A DNA stretch of 54,732 nt from Asterias amurensis. Lineage: Eukaryota. Location of the stretch: positions 15,816,336 to 15,871,067 of the forward strand of contig NC_092652.1 in the NCBI RefSeq assembly GCF_032118995.1, given 5' to 3'. The notes beneath the pieces were generated by a model. It worked only from the letters and a program-made list of their open reading frames with translations, had not been told where the DNA came from and did no database searches. The position numbers and the translations under genes were made by a program. Positions 1 through 11,499 of the stretch are shown one piece after another. The first letter of the stretch is position 1. Each line of letters begins with the position of its first letter.

Positions 1-142
1 GTCTTCTCATTGTCCATTGTTTACGGTAGGTTCAAAATGGAAAACTCACAGAACACAGAACGAAGGAAGACGTATTTTATAACAATGTGATAATCCACTG
101 ATTCTTTATTTTTGAACATTTCTTTGAATTTTGAAATTGCAG

Positions 143-225
143 TGACGCTGAAAACAATTTCTTCAAGCAGTTTCTTGTGGACATGAACAACCAGAACATC
201 AATGTACTTTACTTTGGCTTATCAG
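143..225 (+). CDS. exon; CTLD-A central segment (DAENNFFKQFLVDMNNQNINVLYFGLS), phase 2 in, phase 1 out
   Basis: AG acceptor 141-142, GT donor 226-227. Joins in frame to 1625 giving YFGLSDVAKDDELRWVDG, a WIGL.D...W.DG CTLD core. No ORF-track support. Confidence 0.55.
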
Positions 226-287
226 GTTGGTTGATTAGACATTCTAAACTGAGCTTAGTCTCAATTACATGATTGTAGCTAATGTAT

Positions 288-480
288 CTTATTGACCGAA
301 TTCACCTGACGCCATCATCAGAATGATCTTAGATGCGCCATACTGGTGGGCAATGTTACTGTGCATTATTCAGCAAAGTGCGCATTTGTATTTCCCACCA
401 AAATGGTGAGCGTGGCACAGTCACCGCATGTGACGTGCATGCAAGGGGTCAATACCCCCACCACACCAAACTCGTTCTCA
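288..480 (+). repeat. interspersed repeat, also present inverted at 8560-8760
   Basis: About 80% reverse-complement similarity between the two copies. Accounts for ORFs 333..596 and 8532..8714. Confidence 0.55.
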
Positions 481-744
481 CTACAAATTTAGTCTTGGTG
501 GAAGATGTTGCTATTGACACTATCACTCAACTTTTGCGGTCGCTTGCTCCCTCCTTGCGCAACGCACACTACAAATACTATCATCTTGCACCATGACTAC
601 ATTTTCAGAACATAGTGAGGACGAGATCAGTGTGATCGGGTATACGAATTGTGATATCACATCCGGATCAAAACAAAGTTTCTAAGGTTTTTTACTTCAT
701 GTTGTGTCACATAAATTGTGGATACTGTTCCAGGACTTGAATTC

Positions 745-1010
745 TACCACAGCATTACAGCAATAGACCCTTCCCATGAAATATGCTAATTACATTCCTG
801 CATGCGTACAGACCCTGTTGGTTGGCAATCGCCATAGAGTTGTGCACTAAGCAGACGCGCAATCGCGTCTGCGTCACGCACGCATTAGCCGTGTACAAAA
901 CAGCGCGATGTTCCCTCATTTTACCAACCAAAACGTTAGTGCGCACGCGCTATGTGCAATTTACATATTTCATGGGAAGGGTCTATTGCTGTGATGACCG
1001 TTACAGTTTT
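745..1010. mobile_element. MITE-like element with 25-bp TIR (caatagacccttcccatgaaatatg), CpG-rich interior
   Basis: 760-784 is the reverse complement of 960-984. Accounts for ORFs 755..946(-) and 783..1034. Confidence 0.6.
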
Positions 1011-1340
1011 ACAAATTTTACATTTTCCTCATAGAAGTGGCCATTTCCAGAAGAAAAATTTACTTGCCCTTTCAAGAACGAATTTCAAGACCTGCTGGTC
1101 TTTGACAAATTACCAATGATGTGCTGTATGATATTAAAAATATGTATTGTCATTGGGTTGGGACTGTCCCTTGAGCAAGAAAACCAACATGTACATATAG
1201 GGAGTTTGGATAGTCAATTGCTAAAACCTATTTTCCACGAGGTGAATGTCTCTTTTCCCCGAGTGTGACTGGGCAACAGAGGGCGCCCGTGATAGCCAAA
1301 CAGTTCGCAAGGTGTGTCTGTGCCACAATTCCAACAGTTA

Positions 1341-1527
1341 AGCCCGGTTTATACTTCATGCGAATGCGAATGCGAAGCGAATTTGACGTTAATTTGGCAT
1401 CACAAATTTCGCAGCGATATTCACAAGTGCGTAGAGCGGAGTTGAACTGCTGCGATTTATTCGTTACGAAGTTGTGACGTCAACATTCGCTTCGCATGCA
1501 TTTGCAGGAAGTATGAACCGGGCTTTA
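1341..1527. mobile_element. MITE family F (TIR aagcccggttcatacttcctgcgaatgcga)
   Basis: agcccggtttatacttcatgcgaatgcgaa ... ttcgcatgcatttgcaggaagtatgaaccgggcttt. Accounts for ORF 1265..1477. Confidence 0.75.
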
Positions 1528-1624
1528 CACCCAGAAAGAAGGTATGTGTGCATGACAAACTGTGTTCCAGCAAATACTACAGTGTAATTAAAATAGTTGC
1601 ATATTCATTTTTCTCACTATACAG

Positions 1625-1750
1625 ATGTGGCAAAGGATGATGAATTGAGATGGGTGGATGGCTTGAAGCTGGGTTCATACAAGCATTGGAATCAAGGCAT
1701 GACACCAACATTAACCCCAAAAGTTAAAGACTGCGGCTACATTACTACAG
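1625..1750 (+). CDS. exon; CTLD-A (DVAKDDELRWVDGLKLGSYKHWNQGMTPTLTPKVKDCGYITT), phase 1 to 1
   Basis: Acceptor ttctcactatacag at 1623-1624, donor gtatac at 1751. Same frame as ORF 1597..1854. Confidence 0.8.
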
Positions 1751-1865
1751 GTATACTGATGAAGTTTACAGCTCGGAAGGCTGGGGTTTATAGTAACCAT
1801 GGTTCCAAGAAATTAGACTTTCAAAATGACTATTTCAATTTTGTGATCAAATAATTTAGTAATGA

Positions 1866-1867
1866 TA

Positions 1868-1911
<44 letters not shown>
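1866..1911. repeat. (TAA)n microsatellite
   Basis: aataataataataataataataataataataataataataa. Produces the poly-Y run in ORF 1830..2012(-). Confidence 0.95.
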
Positions 1912-2149
1912 GACTTGTAATGCGCACATATCCACCCTGCTGGGTGTTCAAGGCGCAGTAAAACCAAAACAAGACAAAAACAAAACAACACTAAGAAAAA
2001 CAGACACAACAAAATTAGTCATTGAAAACCTGTGACATAAGATAAGTTTTGCGGTACAAACACAAGATAAACTGACTCATGTTAAAATAGTGTAAATTGC
2101 CATTGGGTTCGGTACCCTACCAGTGCAAAGTGTGTCACCATCCAAAACA

Positions 2150-2345
2150 TCTGGAGTCATGACCAAATGGTTTAGAGCATCAAAATAAAGTTTTAGTGGA
2201 TAAGTCATCGGAGTGTGGGTTTGAACGCCGGTCATGACACTTGTGTCCATGTTGAGCAAGATGGTTTAATATAATTGGCTCTCTTCACCCAGAGGTATAC
2301 ATGGGTACCTGTAAGAGTTAAATGAAAATGGCTTTTATTTTGACC
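2150..2345 (+). mobile_element. tRNA-derived SINE (family 1; Ser/Leu-like head, body ..ttgagcaagat..cacccaggggtataaatgggtacc..)
   Basis: B-box-like ggagtgtgggtttgaacgccggtcatgacacttgtg. Body similarity to other copies. Confidence 0.6.
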
Positions 2346-2734
2346 TTTTGATAAAAGAATCCTTCTAGTATTATAAAATATTCATCTATAATAGTTTTTC
2401 GTTGTTGAAATGCGTGAAGGCCTATGTTTTATGATTCATTATTGTGATATTTGGACATGAAACAAACAAACAAAACAAATCTAATGACATATTTCTCTCT
2501 GAAAAAGTCACTTGTAAGCAAAAATGAAGAGACCCATGTACACCATTTTAATGTATCTTCACAGGTGCTTCATATGAACACATTTAGTTTCTCAACATTT
2601 AAATGTTTATGCGATACAAAAAAAATTGGATTGGACAAATTTGCTCTGTCATGTTTGTTTTACCGTGGTAACAAATTGTGAAGTTTGATTGGTCGAGAAC
2701 CAATCACGTGATGTGATACAAAATAGTATGTACT

Positions 2735-2790
2735 ATGGCTAAGGATGCGTGCTACGCATTATGCGTAGAGCACATCCTTAGCCATGGTAG
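2735..2790. repeat. 54-bp palindrome
   Basis: ctatggctaaggatgcgtgctacgcattatgcgtagagcacatccttagccatgg. Confidence 0.8.
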
Positions 2791-3102
2791 GCCTTGCCTG
2801 GGTTTTTTGTTTACCAGTGTACAAAACCTTGATCGTTCCCACCAATGGTCCCACCAGCGCTTTGTACAAAACAGCCGCGTGTCAAGGGAACAGTGAATAA
2901 TTGTTTTTTGTTCGAACAACTGTTCGTCTGCTTATTAAATGCATACTCCGTCATTTGAAGATGACAGCAGAACTTCGAGCAATGTTGCCAAGGTATAACA
3001 AAACAATTGTTTCACGCTGTGACTGGGGTCCATGGGTTTTGTACACCCTCGAGGGAAAATGGTACCTTTGGAGAAAAATTGTATGTTAACAAAATGATTA
3101 TT

Positions 3103-3472
3103 AAAGGAACACGTTGCCTTGGATCGGTCAGGTTGGTCTTTGAAAAGCGTCTGTAACCGTTTGTTTATAAAATGTATACGGGTTGAAAGATATTTTAAAA
3201 GTAGAATATAATGATCCACACTAGTATCACTCGAAATTGCGTGATTTTCCTTTCACCTCGTCAACTAACACCGTCCGCCATTTATGGGAGTCAAATTTTT
3301 GACTCCCATAAATGGCCGACCATGTTAGTTTGCAAAGTAAAAGGAAAACCACGCAATTTCGAGGCAAATTTGTGTGGATCATTGTATTCTACAGTATACA
3401 TTTTATAACAAACGGTTATAAACGCTTTTCAAAAACTAACTCGACCGATCCAAGGCAACGTGTTCCTTTAAC
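3103..3472. mobile_element. MITE family A (TIR aggaacacgttgccttggatcg), full copy flanked by TTAA
   Basis: Terminal inverted repeats at both ends. Internal palindrome ccatttatgggagtcaaatttttgactcccataaatgg. TTAA on both flanks. Confidence 0.8.
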
Positions 3473-3570
3473 ATTATGAATCAGGTATGATGTCAAAGAC
3501 TTGGCGCCTCACATGCAGGTTTTTTTTATTTCCCCAGTTTTATATTTAAATAATAAGTCTTTAATTTCAG

Positions 3571-3645
3571 GAGATTCAAATGATGCATTCTGGAACGTGG
3601 GTGACTGTTTCATGCTTGGTGCATTCATTTGCAAGATTAATGCGG
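3571..3645 (+). CDS. exon; CTLD-A C-terminus (GDSNDAFWNVGDCFMLGAFICKINAG)
   Basis: Acceptor ttaatttcag, donor gtaggt at 3646. WNxxDC...FIC CTLD terminus. In frame with the 1750 exon. Confidence 0.8.
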
Positions 3646-4009
3646 GTAGGTACCTTTTTTTGTTGCCATTCACATGTAGCTTTTCTTTGTCAGTTCAAGC
3701 TTTTTGTATTTGCTTTTGTGGTTGTTGTTGTTCTTTTTGGTTTTGTGGTTTTCTTGTAATGTTTTAAACAGTTGTATACATTTTTGCCTATGAACTATTT
3801 TTAATTGTAAAGGTACTTTGTGGCCTGCTTGGCTGTCAGTGCAATCAATTTAAAAAAAACAGAACAATAATTAACCCATGTACAGGTCTTGAATCTGAAA
3901 TTTACAGTCCCTGTTTGCATGTGGCAAACCTAGCATAGTACCATATGAGTGCATGTACACTGGATGGAACATCCAAAGCTTTTATTATGTCACCCACTGT
4001 AGGCCTAAA

Positions 4010-4360
4010 GTGGGTGTGGTGGCCGAGCGGTCTAGGTCACCAGACCCAAGCTCTGGTGCTGTCGGCAGCAGAGTGTGGGTTCCAATCCCGGTCATAACAC
4101 TTGTGCCTTGAACATGTGTTGAACAAGGCACTTATAACCATAGTTGCTTTGTAAAACATTTGGAGTGTAGTGCATTCTGCTCTACCAGCCAGACTCTTAG
4201 TGTATGATACTCATGCCTATCCTTATAGACTGTGAAAGGGATAGCTTTGTTTCAGCCCCAAGAGTAGGTGGCAACGTGCCCCTTGTGACAGCTAAGTGTA
4301 GCCCTCACCTAGAAATGGTCTTCTATGGCCTTGTGATGTTAGGCAGTCTCCAAAAAAAGT
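4010..4360 (+). mobile_element. tRNA-derived SINE (family 5: same head, different body)
   Basis: Head ggtggccgagcggtctaggtcacc...cagagtgtgggttccaatcccggtcataacacttgtgcc. Body shared with 18316-18484 and 38485-38575. Confidence 0.65.
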
Positions 4361-4429
4361 TAAAATGATACAAGCGTGTTACTATGCCAATTAGGGGCGT
4401 CCAATGGATGTGTGGAAAGTGGCTTTATC

Positions 4430-4715
4430 GTGCCCAGTGAGGTGTCATGGCAAAGTGGGTTAAGTCATTTGGGTGAGGGTTCGAATCCTGTTTGTGACAC
4501 TTGAGCAAGATACTTTACTCTTGCTTCTCTTCACCCAGGGGTATAAATGGGTACCTACGAGGGTAGAGGTTGATATTGGGTTTGATAAAGCCAATTGGAG
4601 AGCTAGGTTGCCCATGTTGTATACTCCCCAGGGAGCTGAGAAAGATTAAAGGGATGTTATTGGCCCTATGATCAGGGCACTATGTGTAAAGCGCATTGAG
4701 ACGATATTAGAAAGG
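4430..4715 (+). mobile_element. tRNA-derived SINE family 1 copy
   Basis: Head ...gggtgagggttcgaatcctgtttgtgacacttgagcaagatactttac... and conserved body and tail. Confidence 0.7.
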
Positions 4716-4726
4716 GCCCTATGTAA

Positions 4727-4884
4727 CTACGGGAATAAAAGGGTAGCTTCTAGTTCTTTCACGGCCGTTTTTAACAGGCAGGGTCGAATTGCCGTGTGAC
4801 GAGGGCCTTTATCACACGGCAATTTGGCCTTGCAAGGTTTTAAACGGCCGTGAAAGAACTAGAAGCTACCCTTTTGTTCCCATT
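4727..4884. repeat. near-perfect 158-bp palindrome (hairpin), with a nested inner inverted repeat
   Basis: gggaataaaagggtagcttctagttctttcacggccgtttttaac / gttttaaacggccgtgaaagaactagaagctacccttttgttccc. Inner pair gaattgccgtgtga / tcacacggcaatt. Confidence 0.85.
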
Positions 4885-5370
4885 CATAAATGCCTTTTTG
4901 GTTAAAAGGCGTTAAAAGATACTATTATAGACACTTTAACAATTGAAAATTTGAGGTTTGAAATATTTTTTTCAAAAACGTTGTGAAGAATCTGTTCGAT
5001 GCACGTGGGTTGTGTGTACGCGTGCGCGCTTAGATTACGCGCTGTTACTATAGCTATGCATTGCGCTCCTCGTGATAATATTGCGCACCCGACACACGGA
5101 AGCCAGCTTGTTATACACACTGGTCATTATCAAAGATTTATACACCCCCACGAATAGCGAAACTGTCTGAGGTAATTATGAATATTTTTTATTGTTCTGT
5201 GTAAATAGACATCACTGGCACTGTAGCAGTTTAAAAATATTCTGCTTTGGTGTTTCTGATATAAGCAGAGGGTGGGTCTGATTTCTGGGAGCCATATTAT
5301 GGGAATGTGACTTTTTCTACAAATACAATCATGAAAATGACACTTTTACTAAATTATATGAATGTTTCAG

Positions 5371-5403
5371 GTACCAAAGTGACACCAGTGCCACCCGGAG
5401 TTG
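5371..5403 (+). CDS. 33-nt linker exon (GTKVTPVPPGV), symmetric phase 1-1
   Basis: Acceptor aatgtttcag, donor gtaagt at 5404. Pro/Thr-rich inter-CTLD linker. Confidence 0.7.
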
Positions 5404-6080
5404 GTAAGTACGAAGACTAACTTTTCCAAATTTGAGAGGAAAAAAAATAAATAAAAAAATAATCATCTTCTGCCCTTGAATAAACAGTACATCATAGTTG
5501 TTGTTTTGTTTGTATTTGTTTGCAATCTTTTTATTATCAACTTACATCATACAAATAACAAACTTTTAAAGACAAAAGTAGTGAAACGGCCAAACTTGCC
5601 ATTGTAGCAATGAATTTATGATTTGAATATTCATATACCATGGTTTATGCTTTTTTATTATTTTCCTAAACATATAAAAACATTTCCCAGGAAGTTTGGC
5701 GACAGGGATTAGGCTTTGCAACTTATGAGTGTATTGAAATACTGGGAGGCGTTCAAGCGCACAAGATTTTTTCCTTCAAGTAAATTACGTGCAACTAAAG
5801 TGGTCCCAAGCGTGAGACTTGCACAGTCTATAAAAAGTTAAAATACATTTGCTTCCACATTGAATGTTACACTTTTGTTAGTGGTAACAAATAGTCCAGC
5901 ATTATCTTAAATCATTTAAACAAGTTTTATTTCAAATATAGGCTCACATTCCTATGATTATAATGTTTTTGAAGTTGTTTTCTTAATTTCATCCTAAATA
6001 AAAAATCAACAGACTGGATTTTAATGATTTCAGATAGGTGATTAGAATTTGATAATTTCAAAAGAATTAATTACATTTGA

Positions 6081-6473
6081 TTAAAGGCACTGGACACCTT
6101 TGGTAATTGTCAAAGACCAGTCTTCTCACTTGGTGTATCTCAACATATGCATAAAAACCCAACCTGTGAAAATTTGAACTCAGTTGGTCGTCGAAGGTGC
6201 GAGATAATAATGGAAGAAAAAACACCCTTGTCACACAAATTGTGTGCTTTCAGATGCTTGATTTCGAGACCTCAAAATCTAATTCTGAGGTCTCAAAATT
6301 AAAATCTTGAAAAATTACTTCTTTCTCGAAAACTATGTTACTTCAAAGGGAGCCATTTCTCACAATGTTTTATACTATCAACAACTCTCCATTGCTAGTT
6401 ACCAAGTAAGTTTTTATGCCAACAATTATTTTGAGTAATAACCGATAGTGTCACTGCCTTTAAAAGTTGTTAA
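6081..6473 (+). mobile_element. MITE family B (TIR aggcactggacacctttggtaattg), full copy with TTAA TSD
   Basis: gaTTAAaggcactggacacc ... tagtgtcactgccTTTAAaag. Internal hairpin gagacctcaaaatctaattctgaggtctc. Confidence 0.8.
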
Positions 6474-6499
6474 TGTAACTTTCCTATTATCCTAAACAG

Positions 6500-6661
6500 T
6501 GGACGGTTCTTGTGAAAATTCGAAGTGGGACTTGCATGGTGATTACTGTTACAAGGTTACGACCTCCCAGTCCACCTGGGACTCTGCAAGTTCAGAGTGT
6601 AAAAAACTAGGTGCAGAGCTAGCCAGTATACACAATGATGGCACACAATCATATATGTCAG
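6500..6661 (+). CDS. exon; CTLD-B N-terminal part (VDGSCENSKWDLHGDYCYKVT...ECKKLGAELASIHNDGTQSYMS)
   Basis: Acceptor cctaaacag at 6498-6499, donor gtaaca at 6662. ORF 6499..6717 has the same frame. CTLD start signature C..W...CY.F...W..A...C...GA.LASI. Confidence 0.85.
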
Positions 6662-7162
6662 GTAACAAAATCTCTACTATGATCTCCCATTATGAAACTG
6701 TACCTCAGATGAACTAGACATCACATTTCTATGGCACTTTGACCTCTGACATCACTAGAAAACCATAACATGATTCGCGCGCATACCTCCAGGCAAAACT
6801 GACTACGCGTCTTTTTGCCCGGCGAAACATGACGTATACAGTGTTTTGTCAACAGGGCGGTTTGAATGTAAACATTGGTCACATCGTCTATAGATGGATT
6901 GCAATAGACGCCATCGGCAGCCATATTTGATGAACTGTGAAGAGCTACCGTTGGCTGAGAGTCGCACACAGTGCGTACATTCACTTTTCCATTGTCTTAC
7001 ATCAAAGATGGAGGTCAATGACGCATATTGCAACCCATCTACATGTATAGCAATGCGGGAGATGCCAGGAGTGACAAAATGGACATTTCATCACTGTTTA
7101 CAAAGGGCAAACTTAGCAACTGCAGCCAAACTTTCATGTTTGGAGAAAACCACATTCGAAGT

Positions 7163-7540
7163 TAAAGGAACATTACAGAATTGGTTTTGCTAGCAAAAAA
7201 GTTGCTGGCAGTGTCAGCACTCTATGTAATCCACAATATACATAAACTGACAAACCTGTAGAAGTTTGAGATCGATCAGCCATCTGGGTCACGAGAGAAT
7301 AGTGACAAAACGATTACAAATTCTGCATTGCATCAATGCCAAAACAAAAATTAATAAAACGCTCACTGAGCGATAAACTCAAAACGCGAAATTAGATTAT
7401 TTATTTCTCATCAAATATGAAATTTCAGACAGAAATATTTCAAGAGATGTTTTCTACTATCATCATTAGACCGTGTAAGTTTTATGTAAATCTGTGATCT
7501 TCACGATTTTTGTTTCTTACCAATTCTGTAACGTTCCTAT
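7163..7540. mobile_element. MITE family G (TIR aaaggaacattacagaattgg; internally related to family B)
   Basis: gTTAAaggaacattacagaattggtttt ... accaattctgtaacgttcct. Accounts for part of ORF 6894..7193. Confidence 0.65.
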
Positions 7541-7628
7541 TCTTGAAATAATTGTTTCAGACACTGTTTGCAAAGAAAAATGTTGACATTTAAAACTTGT
7601 GCAACACTTGTTCCTTTATTTCTTACAG

Positions 7629-7717
7629 TGCGAATGAATACTCTCAGCTCGTGGATGTGGATAGGCCTGAACGACAAAGCTGTTGAAGGGACCTACGTTT
7701 GGACAGACGGTTCAAGT
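7629..7717 (+). CDS. exon; CTLD-B middle (RMNTLSSWMWIGLNDKAVEGTYVWTDGSS)
   Basis: Acceptor tttcttacag, donor gtaagt at 7718. WIGLND...W.W.DGS motif. ORF 7568..7786. Confidence 0.85.
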
Positions 7718-8559
7718 GTAAGTATTCGCATCCAATCTTACATCCGTTTATCTATGATAGAATGTCTAGGAACTGCAGCTGTTTAGCGAACAAATTGTCA
7801 TTTGCTAAGCAAAAAGTAGCGGGGCACCATTTGACTCGCATGGCACTTTGTCTGCTTTCCTGCATCTGTTAAGCAGTATAGTGATTTGTGCTTAATAAAA
7901 CAAAAATTAAGATATAAAGGTTGATTTATTTTTTTGTCTAAGTGCCGTTTGTCCCTGTCTGTTTACCAGTGGTGTCAAAATTAATAAGTGAATGGTTCAA
8001 AAATCAATATAGCAGCCAAAAAAAATAAAAAATTTGTCTGTTCCTCTGCTTGCCCCTCCCTCAAATAAAAGTGTTTGGTTACATCACCCCTGTTAACCAA
8101 TCAAATAAATCCAGCCACCTTGATTGCATGCCAGTTAATACAAACAATGTTCCCCTCAGTTCAACATGCTTTTTAACTCTTTCAAAAAGGTCACTTTTCC
8201 AGCCTTCCATTTTGGTGACCTTAAAAATGTTACCTAACAGAATGCCCTTCCACAATGTCAGTTGTTGATATAGCTATGATAGCATTACAAGAATTTCTCA
8301 TTAACTAAATCTCCAATTCATAATACTCACTGGTTTCACTGTGACCCTTATCAGCTGCTATCAGGGAAGTAGTAATATAAACTTTCACCCTTGAGCCCAC
8401 TTCCCCAAGGCAAGTGATCCTGACCCATGGGCCTTCTTGCCGGTGTCTCGAAATGCAGAAGAGCAGAGAGAAAATTTTGTTCTTTCTTATTAATTTCTCA
8501 TTTAATTTTTAAAGATATTATTAGTAGATTTTCATGATTCAAAGCTAGTTAACACCGTT

Positions 8560-8760
8560 TCACAATTAACTCCTTGCACGCACGTCACACGCGGCGACTG
8601 TGCCACGCTCACCATACATGTAGGCTTGCGTGTAAACACCGCGTCGCCTAAAATGTGCACTTCACTGAGTAACGCACAGTGACATTGCCTACCAAAAGAT
8701 AAAGGGCGCATCAAAGATTATTCTGAGGATGACGCCAGGTGAATTGGGTCAATACAAGAA
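8560..8760 (-). repeat. inverted copy of the repeat at 288-480
   Basis: Sequence similarity. Confidence 0.55.
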
Positions 8761-8894
8761 CCTGGGAAATTCTACAGGTTGTGTCAGTTGTTACAGTAAT
8801 TGGTGCCCTTAACCATGAGTTTATACCTCTGGAACTTTTGATCAGATGAGAAATATCTTGCAGAAAACTGCTCTTTCCCAAACCAGCGATCGAA

Positions 8895-9135
8895 CCAACC
8901 TCGAGTTTGTCATAGGCAACCTCAGGTCAGCTTTTATTGGGTGATTCAAGTAATGATGGGAGGGCAGAGATGGTTCTTGTGATTGATTTAGCTGAGTAGC
9001 GTTTATTTGTTGCTCAAGGCTGTTTACTCCCCAGGTAGCTAAGATGGTTTTAGGAGGTAATATAATATATCAAGTGCTTTGAGACACCCTTTGATTGTGA
9101 AAAGCGCTATATAAATCTGACTATTATTATTATTA
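8895..9135 (+). mobile_element. SINE family 1, 3-prime portion with (TTA)n tail
   Basis: Similarity to 17330-17440 and 48040-48205. Tail aaagcgctatataaatctgactattattattatt. Confidence 0.6.
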
Positions 9136-9154
9136 AGCTCTTGTATGCCTTCAG

Positions 9155-9293
9155 TATGACTACAACAATTGGAGTCCTGGCCATCCCAAAACTGATGACT
9201 GTGTCGCCATGGTTTCTGGGGCAAATAACTACGGGCTCTGGAGAACGCGCCCTTGTACTAAGAATTATTACTACGTTTGCCAAAAAATGAAGC
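9155..9293 (+). CDS. exon; CTLD-B C-terminal part (YDYNNWSPGHPKTDDCVAMVSGANNYGLWRTRPCTKNYYYVCQKMK)
   Basis: Acceptor tgccttcag at 9152-9154, donor gtaagt at 9294. Y.NW...DC....W....C....VC pattern. No canonical Ca/sugar triad, so predicted non-sugar-binding. Confidence 0.85.
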
Positions 9294-9540
9294 GTAAGTA
9301 AACCACAAGGTTGCAGTGTTTGACGCATTTGAAATTCAGTTTTCAGTATGCTAAATTGTTTTTAGTATGGTTTTTTTTAATTAACAAAATTTTGAGGCAA
9401 ATTTTTACATATCCTTATATTCTACTTTTAAAACATCTTTCCAATTCATTTTACATCAAATTCTTTTATAGCTTTTTGAAGGCAATATTTTCCTTTAATA
9501 TTTTAAATATTTGACTTTGTTTTTCCTTATCCCTCCCCAG

Positions 9541-9579
9541 TTCCTGGGCCTGGTGTAACCAATGCTCCTCCCCCTACAA
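9541..9579 (+). CDS. 39-nt linker exon (LPGPGVTNAPPPT), phase 1-1
   Basis: Acceptor ccctccccag, donor gtaagt at 9580. Confidence 0.7.
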
Positions 9580-10256
9580 GTAAGTTCCCTTGTATTTGTG
9601 ATAATCAAGCATTTGTGGTAGTCACAAGTTCCATTGTTGAAAAACATCTCTTATTTTGTGTAAATCTAGATTTGTCAGTACCTAACACTCAAATTTGGAC
9701 GATGAAACAGGCATGATATTATTCATACTTTAGTGATTTTTGATTTCTTTTTGGCCCTTGGAAAAACATTAAAAAACTGATGAAATTGCCTGTAAGGTCT
9801 TTTTAAACCCTACACCATAGTCTATTCTATTGTAATGCCACAGCCCAACTTTTTGCTTAGAAAGGTTGAACAATTAGAAGGCATCAATTCAAACTGGAAA
9901 CAGTTTATTAATTTTGGTTTTTACCCATACACCGATGTGTGTTAGCACTGTATATACCCAGTATTTTCCCGAGTCCTGGAAACAGTTTGAACAAGATTAC
10001 ACAAATTTAAGTTTGTAAGGAAAACGCAGACATCAGTCATGCGATATAATTTGTTTCAACTGAAAGTATGCAGAAATGTTGAATTTGGTCACATCTGTTA
10101 ACATGGTTGGATATTTTGCTACATGTAACAATCGGCCGACCATGCAAACCAGCGACATTAGTTTATCAGCAATAGAAGGGTCTGTAAGAACAAGTAGTTC
10201 AGCCCTTGTACTTGGCAAAATGTTCCTGCTTTTTCCCCAAGAACAAAATATACCAG

Positions 10257-10580
10257 GGCCCAATTTCATAAAGGGGCTTCAGCAGAAAGTACTGCTTATT
10301 ACATTTTCTGCTGAGCTAAAATGAGCAGGATGCTTGCTTACTTGCATGTGTCGAGTGATGTCCTCGAACCACGATGGTTCTACATGCCTTTCTGTCTCCT
10401 ATTCATGCCGTCTTGAAATCTGCTAATTCCTGACCTGTGTCCATTAGTAAGTATGTCAGTGTATGTAAGTACAATGAGCAGGATACCAGTCACAAATTGC
10501 ACAAATAACAAGGTGGTTTGGCTGGTAACCTTTTTTCTGGTAAGCAACAATCTTGTCAGCAACTCTATGAAATTGGGCCC
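10257..10580. mobile_element. MITE family C (TIR gggcccaatttcatagagctgcttaagc)
   Basis: gggcccaatttcataaaggggcttcagc ... gcaactctatgaaattgggccc. Confidence 0.75.
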
Positions 10581-10649
10581 TGTTCTGAACACTGGACGTA
10601 ACAAAACTGATTTTGAAAAGAGAGCCATATGTCAAATATTTCATTTCAG

Positions 10650-10823
10650 TGAATTACTACGCACGATGTGGAAACGGTTGGGAGTACTACAAACCGTCTG
10701 ACCGCTGTTTCCTGTTTCGGCCATATGACTACAAGAACTGGTTCAATGCGCGCTACCAGTGCCGTGTAGAAGGAGGGGATCTTATGAGTCTATCAAACCC
10801 AGTTGATCAGACGTATGCCGCAA
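10650..10823 (+). CDS. exon; CTLD-C N-terminal part (NYYARCGNGWEYYKPSDRCFLF...QCRVEGGDLMSLSNPVDQTYAA)
   Basis: Acceptor tcatttcag at 10647-10649, donor gtaagt at 10824. ORF 10613..10852. Confidence 0.85.
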
Positions 10824-11499
10824 GTAAGTCACGTTACAAAATTGGTTGTTGAATTAAAATTATGAAATGGAATGTTGTGTACATTTGGTTATCACTTCTA
10901 AACTTATTGGCAATACATACTTACTTTGTTAGAAGTCTACAGCAGCTGTCAATCGTATAAAGCAATTTGAGAAACTATTTCGGTTTGAATCCCGCAAAAT
11001 TTGAATTTGAGAAATTTTATTGTCAGAAACGTTTCTCAGATTGTGTATTCCAGTTACGTATTATTTTTCCTGCGAAGACATAACCGCTCCTGATTTTTGG
11101 CAATATCTCAGAAACGCTACACCTTTTAAAATGAAGTTCTCACAGGTTAGTTTTGTTGTACATGTATATATCTACGTGTAGACAGGAGCAAATATGTCCA
11201 CGCAGGAATATAGGAAAACACACTCTGATTTTTTGGAATAAAAAGCAATATCTTTTTCCATAACCGCAGTACTTGGAAGTGAAATTTTTCTCAAAATGCA
11301 TTATATTATCCAAAGCTGCTGTACTTCTTACCAAGGCAGTTTTAATTGCCATTAATTTTCAGAGTCATTACTGAATGTATACAGACCCAATAAGTGCTAG
11401 ATTCTCTGCTTCCTTTGAACCCCCTTTACACTTATTCAGAATCAGCAGGAATGAAGCAGAACTAGCCGGAATAAAGCAGAACCAGCCGGAATGAAGAAT

